Positions 14,601 through 24,300 of a stretch of 64,000 nt of DNA are shown piece by piece. The position numbers and the translations under genes were made by a program. The DNA lies in NCBI GenBank assembly GCA_002269645.1, contig NIVC01002451.1, positions 108,437 through 172,436 on the forward strand, in the 5' to 3' direction. How positions within the stretch are numbered: position 1 is the stretch's first letter; every line of letters begins with the position of its first letter. Source of the stretch: Macrostomum lignano (lineage: Eukaryota). The notes beneath the pieces were generated by a model, which saw only the letters and a program-made list of their open reading frames with translations, was not told the origin of the DNA and made no database searches.

Positions 14601-16666
14601 ACTATCGCGAAATGCGGCAAGAACCACTGGCCAGCCTGACTTGGCTCGCTGATGCCGACCTCCCGCACATAGCCTTTTGCCAGATGCTTGTCTATCACAG
14701 CCTGGTACGCCTTCGCTAGCTCCGGGTTCTTCAGCAAGCGCTTTTCTGTGCTGACGAGACGCTGTAGGGCAGCTTCGTTGTTCATAGGTAGTTCTTCCGG
14801 ATTCTTTTTCCAAGGAATCGCCACTTGAAACCTGCCGTTCTCCATCTTCAAGGATGCTCGTGTCGCTTCTACGATCTTTTGATCTTCAGCGGACATTCTG
14901 GCCTGCTGTCCTCCATCTGGCACTTCATCGATCTCCCACATCTTCCGCAGAAGATCAGATGCCTCGTTCTCCGCCGTCACCGTAAAGAATGTCTGCTGCT
15001 GCTGCTCTTCTGCAGTTCCTACTTGATTCACTGGTCCAACGCAGGTCCACCCAATTGGCGTCAGTCTGGCAATCGGCTCTCCAGGTTGCCCACCTACTTC
15101 GCGACAGGCAAAGTGCAAGTCTGCATTGTCCACACCAATGAGCATATCCACAGTCTGCTTCCCTTTAATTTTGTCGAACGGCACGCCCCTCAGATGAGCC
15201 CAACGCTTTGCAAGCTGGCTCCAATCTACGGCTTCCATCCCACCGGTCACTTTCTCAGTTGTGTGGGCCGTAACTGTGGCACGAAAGGCGCCGTCCAGAC
15301 TGCGGATGTCGACCTCAACCGGAACCGTCTGAAAGGTGCTCACCTGGCCGTTCAGAACCTTTACCGTCATCGGTTCGAGGTTGCCTTCCAAGCCGAGTTC
15401 CGCTGCAACGTCAGAGTTCAGGTACGACCGGGTGCTAGCGTCGTCCAGCAAGACATTCACTCGGACTTCCCGACCGCCGTTGGATAAAATCACGGGCACA
15501 GTCCTCAGCGCTATTGACGGCGATGTTCTGGCCAGTAAAGTGCATGCCTCTTGCGGCTCTTGAACTGTGCTCTTCTTCTCCTGGAAGGACTTTGGTCTTT
15601 CGATCGTTTTGGGCGACCCCCCTTCATGCGGATTCGCCGTTGTCGCCGCCGGCCCTCGTTGATGCAGCAGCCGATTATGGTTTGCTTTGCAGCCATCAAC
15701 ACCGCACACTCTCGCTCGCTTGCACGCACCGGCTAGATGGTTTGCTCCCAAGCAGCAGAAGCACAGGCGCTTGTCACGAACCGTCGCCCATCTGGCTCCA
15801 GGTTCCATTCGTTGAAACCTTGGGCAGCTCCAAACTCCGTGCTGTTCTCCGCAGAGACCACAACCTTTTCGCCCTTCCGCCTGTTCTTTGTTTTGGCTAT
15901 TCGAATCATTCGTCTTCACAAAAAACGAGCGTGCTGCGGCTGCCCCTCGGGAAACAGTTTTCTTGGCTTTTACACTGTCGTGCCGTCCGGTCTCACCGGA
16001 AGAAGCCACGCCTCTTACCGCCTCACACGCTACTGTCATGTACTCTGCCTCCGTCAGAAGCCATCGATGCAACGTTCTGAGCGAATCTTCTTTCCTAGCT
16101 TCTCCGATCCACCGATGAAAACGAGCTAGGGTTTCGGTTGGCAGCTTCTTTTGCACTCTCAAGTACATAAGTCCATTGTTGCTTAGCTCACTCTCTCGCC
16201 CTGCAGCCTGTAGATTAACTACCGTAACATCCAGCAAGTCGGCCAGCTTTTTTAATTGACTTGCATTCTCTATCTGAATAGGTTGGAAACTATCCAAGTC
16301 CTCCAGTGCCAGCATCAGTCTTCGTCTCTCTCCACCATACTCCCGCTCAAGCCTTTCCAGAGCCGCTTTGTAGGCGAACTCCGAGTAGCCAAGATTCGCA
16401 ACAAGTTTTAATGCCTCTCCTCGCAGCGACTGGCGCAATTGCAACAACTTATAGGCTTCTGAAGATGGCGAGGCATGCACGCAGGCATAGAAAGCCGCCC
16501 GCCATCCTTCAAACTCCCGTTTGTCTCCACTAAACACCGGTATCGCAACTCTCTGCAACTGCCTCCACATATCCTGACCGATTCTTTCCTCAGCCCAAGC
16601 TTTCGCTGTACATTCTGCTGCGGCGGCCGGTGAAGCCCCAATTGGCGAATTAGCTCCACCGTACAT
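11642..16666 (-). CDS. BEL/Pao Gag-Pol polyprotein (Gag core, three Zn knuckles, aspartic protease, RT, RNase H, integrase)
   Basis: 1674-aa ORF. Motifs: IPVFSGDKREFEGW (DUF1759-like); CGLCGEQHGVWSC, CFCCLGANHLAGAC and CGVDGCKANH; LLDDAST (protease); YMDD (RT); FVDASQEAYGAVVY (RNase H); DMGGP and SDNGGNF (integrase); DUF5641-like C-terminus. Confidence 0.97.
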   Translation of the reverse strand: MYGGANSPIGASPAAAAECTAKAWAEERIGQDMWRQLQRVAIPVFSGDKREFEGWRAAFYACVHASPSSEAYKLLQLRQSLRGEALKLVANLGYSEFAYKAALERLEREYGGERRRLMLALEDLDSFQPIQIENASQLKKLADLLDVTVVNLQAAGRESELSNNGLMYLRVQKKLPTETLARFHRWIGEARKEDSLRTLHRWLLTEAEYMTVACEAVRGVASSGETGRHDSVKAKKTVSRGAAAARSFFVKTNDSNSQNKEQAEGRKGCGLCGEQHGVWSCPRFQRMEPGARWATVRDKRLCFCCLGANHLAGACKRARVCGVDGCKANHNRLLHQRGPAATTANPHEGGSPKTIERPKSFQEKKSTVQEPQEACTLLARTSPSIALRTVPVILSNGGREVRVNVLLDDASTRSYLNSDVAAELGLEGNLEPMTVKVLNGQVSTFQTVPVEVDIRSLDGAFRATVTAHTTEKVTGGMEAVDWSQLAKRWAHLRGVPFDKIKGKQTVDMLIGVDNADLHFACREVGGQPGEPIARLTPIGWTCVGPVNQVGTAEEQQQQTFFTVTAENEASDLLRKMWEIDEVPDGGQQARMSAEDQKIVEATRASLKMENGRFQVAIPWKKNPEELPMNNEAALQRLVSTEKRLLKNPELAKAYQAVIDKHLAKGYVREVGISEPSQAGQWFLPHFAIVRADKETTKVRIVFDAAARSNGVCLNDTIHTGPKLQQDLLKVLLRFRKHPVALAADIEEMYLRVRIAPEDRRFFRFLWRDLDLKQTPKSYEFCSVVFGVNCSPFLAQFVAQENARHYQQQLPLAANTVLHSTYMDDSLDSVETVGQAVKLFQQLVELWSKAGMRACKWMSNSLEVLQHVPVEDRAERAELLLKGEARTAKALGVNWNAKEDVLGISISESNASGKVMTKRLLLRGVAEVFDPCGFLAPVVITGKIMLQLAWQQGVGWDEALDPELADQAFQWTSELSKATRLAVPRCLRPDNGSIELHSFVDASQEAYGAVVYLRSETMSKTTVRFVAAKAKVAPLMAVSIPRLELMAAVLGLRLARAVAEALEIAIESVVFWSDSHNVLWWIRRQSRAFKPFVANRVAFIQQQVQPNQWRYVPTGLNPADVASRGCSVQELMDNELWWNGPGFLARCSNDWPEMLIPVAPETTEANTRRRELASIQKRCAEPVCLVTTDEEDKTGWRLKPERFSSFHRLQRVFAWVLRFIRNCQTEKYQRSGGELLVDELEEVEERLVRLAQEEAFKTDTVNEKKLRCLQPVRDAAGVLRVDGRLKFRPQAPFAARHPSILPRKHWITKLIIKQYHEQQSHGGTNQTLAALSAKYWVICAREAIREWEVECAVCKREKARPIVQQMAPLPDARVAGSLKAFTNVAVDMGGPFVTIQGRFKKRQKRYLALFTCLETRAVHLEMTYSLDADSFLNAFYRMVNRRGLPKAMYSDNGGNFVKGADELRLLEELDRTRISRETSKQRVKWNFQPPAAPHFGGAHEVMIRAAKRALHAILGSADVTDEELQSAITGAEALINSRPITYQSANPRDEEPLTPNHFLHGQAGGQFAPDVPDDVAADPRRRWRRVQELVRHVWRRWMREWLPGLQPRAKWAGPQRDLQPGDVVLVIKADSPRGHWPLGRVVEVYPGSDNRVRVAKVQVGGTVFVRPVSKLCYLE

Positions 16667-16967
16667 AGCTTGGATACCTAGCTGTCCGCGGGTTGGTTAG
16701 AATCAGCGTGGTCACACTTGCCGCCAGTTGGGGTGGGTGGTATTGATTTTTCTCCGGCCTTTACTCTCTCACCCCCTTGCTCAGCGCTCCTTAGTTGATC
16801 TGACCCTCCCCAATTAAGGGGTTGACTGAAGGGTCGGCTTGAACCATGGGGTTGGCGACTGGTACTGAGTACGCAGCTTGCGATTGGACGGCCGCTTCTA
16901 CCCGTAGTTGAGAGGAGTACAATTGATCATTTGCACTCGCTGACGTCTCTGCCAGTCTTAGCGCATC

Positions 16968-17465
16968 CTATCTGACATCTAACTCGCGCTGCCTCTCTGC
17001 AAACTCCTGCTGCATTCTGCGCTCCTCCTCCTCCATCTCTATCCGCTGCCGCCTGACTGCCTCCAACTCCTTCTGTCGCATCTCTTTCTGCTCGATCTCC
17101 CTCGACTCTAGTCGCACCTCTCGTTCCCTCTTGCGCAATTCTCTCAGCAAATTTACAATCTCACCGTACTCAGTCTCCAGCTTTTCCAACTCCTTTACTG
17201 TCTGGACTTGCACTGGTAGATTCCCGACGACCTCGGGCAGAATCGCTTGTAGCACCGCACTAACTCGCTCGTAGTGGTCATCCAGAGTGCCGGCCAGCGG
17301 TTCCACGTCCGCTAAAGTAGCTCCGTCCGAGCCCAATACCTTCAGTAGACGATTCCGCTGCTTCGTGAACGCGCACTTGTCGACCGCTTTTCTGGCCTTC
17401 AGCGAAATGAGACGGCTGTCTCCCTCCGGCACTTGTTCTTGCATCTCTGCTTCTTCATCAGACAT
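16968..17465 (-). CDS. N-terminal Gag-like coiled-coil ORF of the BEL element (165 aa)
   Basis: First long ORF after the PBS. LKARKAVDKCAFTKQRNRLL resembles BEL Gag N-termini. It ends about 300 nt before the main ORF and in a different frame. Confidence 0.75.
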   Translation of the reverse strand: MSDEEAEMQEQVPEGDSRLISLKARKAVDKCAFTKQRNRLLKVLGSDGATLADVEPLAGTLDDHYERVSAVLQAILPEVVGNLPVQVQTVKELEKLETEYGEIVNLLRELRKREREVRLESREIEQKEMRQKELEAVRRQRIEMEEEERRMQQEFAERQRELDVR

Positions 17466-17507
17466 CTTTTACCAATGAAGTAGAACCACAAGTAGAACCA
17501 CAAGTAG

Positions 17508-17525
17508 AACCACGCTCTGCTACCA
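17508..17525 (-). other. Primer binding site for initiator tRNA-Met
   Basis: The minus strand reads TGGTAGCAGAGCGTGGTT, 2 nt after the 5' LTR. This is complementary to the ...CTCTGCTACCA 3' end of eukaryotic tRNAiMet. Confidence 0.85.
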
Positions 17526-17527
17526 GA

Positions 17528-17797
17528 TGTTTTGATGGTTCATTCAATAAATTGAGTCTTCGCAGTAAGCGACTATTTTTCGGCTACTAGCCAACCGAAC
17601 AAAACAACCAGCGTGCGCACTCTCTCTGGAGAGGCTGATAACTATATATTGCAATAATTTTAAATAAATGGGGTGGGTGCTGCTGAACATTATAAATGGG
17701 GGCTGGGGCTGAAACGTACGTATCAAAATCTCTGCTATGAAAGTTACGCGTAGGTGAATGAAAAGTACACTCGTACATGTAAGCCAACTCCTAAACA
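17528..17797 (-). repeat. 5' LTR of the BEL/Pao element (270 bp)
   Basis: Direct repeat of 10764-11033, followed on the minus strand by the PBS. Confidence 0.97.
17541..17584 (-). other. Spliced-leader-like sequence in the LTR (second copy at 10777-10820)
   Basis: The minus strand reads GCCGAAAAATAGTCGCTTACTGCGAAGACTCAATTTATTGAATG. It shares a 25-nt exact core and the terminal ATG with the Macrostomum SL as I recall it (not looked up). Confidence 0.75.
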
Positions 17798-17908
17798 ACA
17801 ATGAGGGGAAGAGACACAATGAGGTGAAGAGACACAATGTGGTGAAGAGACACAATGAGGGGGAAGAGACACAATGAGGGGAAGAGACACAATGAGGGGA
17901 AGAGACAC
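17798..17908 (+). repeat. Right remainder of the 19-21-bp minisatellite split by the BEL element
   Basis: The same GAAGAGACACAATGAGGGG unit resumes at the TSD. Confidence 0.95.
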
Positions 17909-18397
17909 GTACGGATTACTCATACAAAAGTTCATGATTCCTCGTTCGCTACTCAAACCTCTTGCCGTCAGCTCAATTCTTCACGGTCTATCTTCGCAGA
18001 GTTGTTCCTTTCTCAATCAGTGCCAGTCAGTGAGTCCTCAATGTCCATCTTGGCTCAATTTGGCTATAAAAAACTGGGACATTCCAGTCGAGAGGGTCAT
18101 TAGGCCTTACTGAGCTAGCTCATACAGAGAGACGAAAGCTTTGGCTTTGGCCTGGATCAAATTGCATCCTGCCTCCTCGTGTCTGAGGAACGGTTGCTTG
18201 CTTAGTGAAATTAATATCTGGCCAAATGCTCTGCAGCTATCCGGCAGCTGTGCAAAGCCGTCCCAGTTGTGTAAAAAATTCTGCAATTGTGGCTGGCAGA
18301 CTGAATGCCCGATATTCTCCTTGGAGACGAGGGGTTGTGTCTGAGGTGTGTCCCGAACATCATCGGAATGTCTGTGGAACAATTGAAGCATCGGTTA

Positions 18398-21300
18398 TGA
18401 GGAGCACACTGTTGGGATGTCATTGGTGCTGAGGAGCACACTGTTGGGATGTCATTGGTGCTGAGGAGCACACTGTTGGGATGTCATTGGTGCTGAGGAG
18501 CACACTGTTGGGATGTCATTGGTGCTGAGGAGCACACTGGTGTCATTGGTGCTGAGGAGCACACTGTTGGGATGTCATTGGTGCTGAGGAGCACACTGTT
18601 GGGGTGTCATTGGTGCCGAGGAGCACACTGGTGTATCATTGGTGCTGAGGAGCACACTGTTGGGGTGTCATTGGTGCTGAGGAGCACACTGGTGTGTCAT
18701 CGGTGCTGAGAAGCACACTGTTGTGTCATTGGTGCTGAGGAGCACACTGGGGGATGTCATTGGTGCTGAGGAGCACACTGTTGGGATGTCATTGGTGCTG
18801 AGGAGCACACTGGGGGATGTCATTGGTGCTGAGGAGCACACTGGTGTGTCATTGGTGCTGAGAAGCACACTGTTGTGTCATTGGTGCTGAGGAGCACACT
18901 GGTGTGTCATCGGTGCTGAGAAGCACACTGTTGTGTCATTGGTGCTGAGGAGCACACTGTTGTGTCATTGGTGCTGAGGAGCACACTGGTGTGTCATTGG
19001 TGCTGAGGAGCACACTGGTGTGTCATTGGTGCTGAGGAGCACACTGGTTGTCATTGGTGCTGAGGAGCACACTGTTGTGTCATTGGTGCTGAGGAGCACA
19101 CTGGTGTGTCATTGGTGCTGAGGAGCACACTGGTGTGTCATTGGTGCTGAGGAGCACACTGTTGTGTCATTGGTGCTGAGGAGCACACTGGTGTGTCATT
19201 GGTGCTGAGGAGCACACTGGTGTGTCATTGGTGCTGAGGAGCACACTGGTTGTCATTGGTGCTGAGGAGCACACTGTTGTGTCATTGGTGCTGAGGAGCA
19301 CACTGTTGTGTCATTGGTGCTGAGGAGCACACTGGTGTGTCATTGGTGCTGAGGAGCACACTGTTGTGTCATTGGTGCTGAGGAGCACACTGGTGTGTCA
19401 TTGGTGCTGAGGAGCACACTGGTGTGTCATTGGTGCTGAGGAGCACACTGGTGTGTCATTGGTGCTGAGGAGCACACTGGTGTGTCATTGGTGCTGAGGA
19501 GCACACTGTTGTGTCATTGGTGCTGAGAAGCACACTGTTGTGTCATTGGTGCTGAGGAGCACACTGTTGTGTCATTGGTGCTGAAGAGCACACTGGTGTG
19601 TCATTGGTGCTGAGGAGCACACTGGTGTGTCATTGGTGCTGAGGAGCACACTGGTTGTCATTGGTGCTGAGGAGCACACTGTTGTGTCATTGGTGCTGAG
19701 GAGCACACTGTTGTGTCATTGGTGCTGAGGAGCACACTGTTGGGATGTCATTGGTGCTGAGGAGCACACTGGTGTGTCATTGGTGCTGAGGAGCACACTG
19801 TTGGGGTGTCATTGGTGCTGAGGAGCACACTGGGGGATGTCATTGGTGCTGAGGAGCACACTGGTGTGTCATCGGTGCTGAGAAGCACACTGTTGTGTCA
19901 TTGGTGCTGAGGAGCACACTGTTGTGTGATTGGTGCTGAGGAGCACACTGGTGTGTCATTGGTGCTGAGGAGCACACTGGTGTGTCATTGGTGCTGAGGA
20001 GCACACTGGTGTGTCATTGGTGCTGAGGAGCACACTGTTGTGTCATTGGTGCTGAGGAGCACACTGTTGTGTCATTGGTGCTGAGGAGCACACTGTTGTG
20101 TCATTGGTGCTGAGGAGCACACTGTTGTGTCATTGGTGCTGAGAAGCACACTGTTGTGTCATTGGTGCTGAGGAGCACACTGTTGTGTCATTGGTGCTGA
20201 GGAGCACACTGGTGTGTCATTGGTGCTGAGGAGCACACTGGTGTGTCATTGGTGCTGAGGAGCACACTGGTTGTCATTGGTGCTGAGGAGCACACTGTTG
20301 TGTCATTGGTGCTGAGGAGCACACTGTTGTGTCATTGGTGCTGAGGAGCACACTGGTGTGTCATTGGTGCTGAGGAGCACACTGTTGTGTCATTGGTGCT
20401 GAGGAGCACACTGTTGTGTCATTGGTGCTGAGGAGCACACTGTTGTGTCATTGGTGCTGAGGAGCACACTGTTGTGTCATTGGTGCTGAGGAGCACACTG
20501 TTGTGTCATTGGTGCTGAGGAGCACACTGTTGTGTCATTGGTGCTGAGGAGCACACTGTTGGGATGTCATTGGTGCTGAGGAGCACACTGGTGTGTCATT
20601 GGTGCTGAGGAGCACACTGGTTGTCATTGGTGCTGAGGAGCACACTGTTGTGTCATTGGTGCTGAGGAGCACACTGTTGTGTCATTGGTGCTGAGGAGCA
20701 CACTGGTGTGTCATTGGTGCTGAGGAGCACACTGGTGTGTCATTGGTGCTGAGGAGCACACTGTTGGGATGTCATTGGTGCTGAGGAGCACACTGGTGTG
20801 TCATTGGTGCTGAGGAGCACACTGTTGTGTCATTGGTGCTGAGGAGCACACTGGTGTGTCATTGGTGCTGAGGAGCACACTGGTGTGTCATTGGTGCTGA
20901 GGAGCACACTGGTTGTCATTGGTGCTGAGGAGCACACTGTTGTGTCATTGGTGCTGAGGAGCACACTGGTGTCATTGGTGCTGAGGAGCACACTGTTGTG
21001 TCATTGGTGCTGAGGAGCACACTGTGTGTCATTGGTGCTGAGGAGCACACTGTTGTGTCATTGGTGCTGAGGAGCACACTGGTGTGTCATTGGTGCTGAG
21101 GAGCACACTGGTGTGTCATTGGTGCTGAGGAGCACACTGGTGTGTCATTGGTGCTGAGGAGCACACTGGTGTGTCATTGGTGCTGAGGAGCACACTGTTG
21201 TGTCATTGGTGCTGAGGAGCACACTGTTGTGTCATTGGTGCTGAGGAGCACACTGGTGTGTCATTGGTGCTGAGGAGCACACTGGTTGTCATTGGTGCTG

Positions 21301-24300
21301 AGGAGCACACTGTTGTGTCATTGGTGCTGAGGAGCACACTGTTGTGTCATTGGTGCTGAGGAGCACACTGTTGTGTCATTGGTGCTGAGGAGCACACTGG
21401 TGTGTCATTGGTGCTGAGGAGCACACTGTTGTGTCATTGGTGCTGAGGAGCACACTGGTGTCATTGGTGCTGAGGAGCACACTGGTGTGTCATTGGTGCT
21501 GAGGAGCACACTGTTGTGTCATTGGTGCTGAGGAGCACACTGTTGTGTCATTGGTGCTGAGGAGCACACTGTGTGTCATTGGTGCTGAGGAGCACACTGT
21601 GTGTCATTGGTGCTGAGGAGCACACTGGTTGTCATTGGTGCTGAGGAGCACACTGTTGTGTCATTGGTGCTGAGGAGCACACTGTTGTGTCATTGGTGCT
21701 GAGGAGCACACTGTTGTGTCATTGGTGCTGAGGAGCACACTGTTGTGTCATTGGTGCTGAGGAGCACACTGTTGTGTCATTGGTGCTGAGGAGCACACTG
21801 TTGTGTCATTGGTGCTGAGGAGCACACTGGTGTGTCATTGGTGCTGAGGAGCACACTGGTGTGTCATTGGTGCTGAGGAGCACACTGGTTGTCATTGGTG
21901 CTGAGGAGCACACTGTTGTGTCATTGGTGCTGAGGAGCACACTGTTGTGTCATTGGTGCTGAGGAGCACACTGGTGTGTCATTGGTGCTGAGGAGCACAC
22001 TGTTGTGTCATTGGTGCTGAGGAGCACACTGTTGTGTCATTGGTGCTGAGGAGCACACTGTTGTGTCATTGGTGCTGAGGAGCACACTGTTGTGTCATTG
22101 GTGCTGAGGAGCACACTGTTGTGTCATTGGTGCTGAGGAGCACACTGTTGTGTCATTGGTGCTGAGGAGCACACTGTTGTGTCATTGGTGCTGAGGAGCA
22201 CACTGGTGTGTCATTGGTGCTGAGGAGCACACTGGTTGTCATTGGTGCTGAGGAGCACACTGTTGTGTCATTGGTGCTGAGGAGCACACTGTTGTGTCAT
22301 TGGTGCTGAGGAGCACACTGTGTGTCATTGGTGCTGAGGAGCACACTGTGTGTCATTGGTGCTGAGGAGCACACTGTTGTGTCATTGGTGCTGAGGAGCA
22401 CACTGGTGTGTCATTGGTGCTGAGGAGCACACTGTTGTGTCATTGGTGCTGAGGAGCACACTGGTGTGTCATTGGTGCTGAGGAGCACACTGTGTGTCAT
22501 TGGTGCTGAGGAGCACACTGTTGTCATTGGTGCTGAGGAGCACACTGTTGTGTCATTGGTGCTGAGGAGCACACTGTGTGTCATTGGTGCTGAGGAGCAC
22601 ACTGTTGTGTCATTGGTGCTGAGGAGCACACTGGTGTGTCATTGGTGCTGAGGAGCACACTGGTGTGTCATTGGTGCTGAGGAGCACACTGGTGTCATTG
22701 GTGCTGAGGAGCACACTGTTGTGTCATTGGTGCTGAGGAGCACACTGTTGTGTCATTGGTGCTGAGGAGCACACTGTTGTGTCATTGGTGCTGAGGAGCA
22801 CACTGTTGTGTCATTGGTGCTGAGGAGCACACTGGTGTGTCATTGGTGCTGAGGAGCACACTGGTGTGTCATTGGTGCTGAGGAGCACACTGGTTGTCAT
22901 TGGTGCTGAGGAGCACACTGGTTGTCATTGGTGCTGAGGAGCACACTGTTGTGTCATTGGTGCTGAGGAGCACACTGGTGTGTCATTGGTGCTGAGGAGC
23001 ACACTGTGTGTCATTGGTGCTGAGGAGCACACTGTGTGTCATTGGTGCTGAGGAGCACACTGTTGTGTCATTGGTGCTGAGGAGCACACTGGTTGTCATT
23101 GGTGCTGAGGAGCACACTGTTGTGTCATTGGTGCTGAGGAGCACACTGGTGTGTCATTGGTGCTGAGGAGCACACTGTTGTGTCATTGGTGCTGAGGAGC
23201 ACACTGTGTGTCATTGGTGCTGAGGAGCACACTGTTGTGTCATTGGTGCTGAGGAGCACACTGTGTGTCATTGGTGCTGAGGAGCACACTGGTGTGTCAT
23301 TGGTGCTGAGGAGCACACTGGTTGTCATTGGTGCTGAGGAGCACACTGTTGTGTCATTGGTGCTGAGGAGCACACTGTTGTGTCATTGGTGCTGAGGAGC
23401 ACACTGTTGTGTCATTGGTGCTGAGGAGCACACTGTTGTGTCATTGGTGCTGAGGAGCACACTGTGTGTCATTGGTGCTGAGGAGCACACTGTTGTGTCA
23501 TTGGTGCTGAGGAGCACACTGGTGTCATTGGTGCTGAGGAGCACACTGGTGTGTCATTGGTGCTGAGGAGCACACTGTTGTGTCATTGGTGCTGAGGAGC
23601 ACACTGTGTGTCATTGGTGCTGAGGAGCACACTGGTGTGTCATTGGTGCTGAGGAGCACACTGTGTGTCATTGGTGCTGAGGAGCACACTGTTGTCATTG
23701 GTGCTGAGGAGCACACTGTTGTGTCATTGGTGCTGAGGAGCACACTGTTGTGTCATTGGTGCTGAGGAGCACACTGTTGTGTCATTGGTGCTGAGGAGCA
23801 CACTGTTGTGTCATTGGTGCTGAGGAGCACACTGTTGTGTCATTGGTGCTGAGGAGCACACTGTTGTGTCATTGGTGCTGAGGAGCACACTGTGTGTCAT
23901 TGGTGCTGAGGAGCACACTGTGTGTCATTGGTGCTGAGGAGCACACTGGTTGTCATTGGTGCTGAGGAGCACACTGTTGTGTCATTGGTGCTGAGGAGCA
24001 CACTGTTGTGTCATTGGTGCTGAGGAGCACACTGTGTGTCATTGGTGCTGAGGAGCACACTGTTGTGTCATTGGTGCTGAGGAGCACACTGTTGTGTCAT
24101 TGGTGCTGAGGAGCACACTGTTGTGTCATTGGTGCTGAGGAGCACACTGTTGTGTCATTGGTGCTGAGGAGCACACTGTTGTGTCATTGGTGCTGAGGAG
24201 CACACTGTTGTGTCATTGGTGCTGAGGAGCACACTGTTGTGTCATTGGTGCTGAGGAGCACACTGGTGTGTCATTGGTGCTGAGGAGCACACTGGTTGTC

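Larger units (their letters stand above)
10764..17797 (-). mobile_element. Full-length BEL/Pao LTR retrotransposon
   Basis: Two 270-bp LTRs with TG...CA ends, identical by eye. 5-bp TSD ACAAT at 10759-10763 and 17798-17802. PBS, PPT and BEL-type gag-PR-RT-RH-IN polyprotein present. Confidence 0.98.

Noticed and set aside
11787-16659. Many short antisense or off-frame ORFs inside the BEL element
   Set aside because: They are shadow ORFs of a GC-rich coding region with no recognisable motifs.
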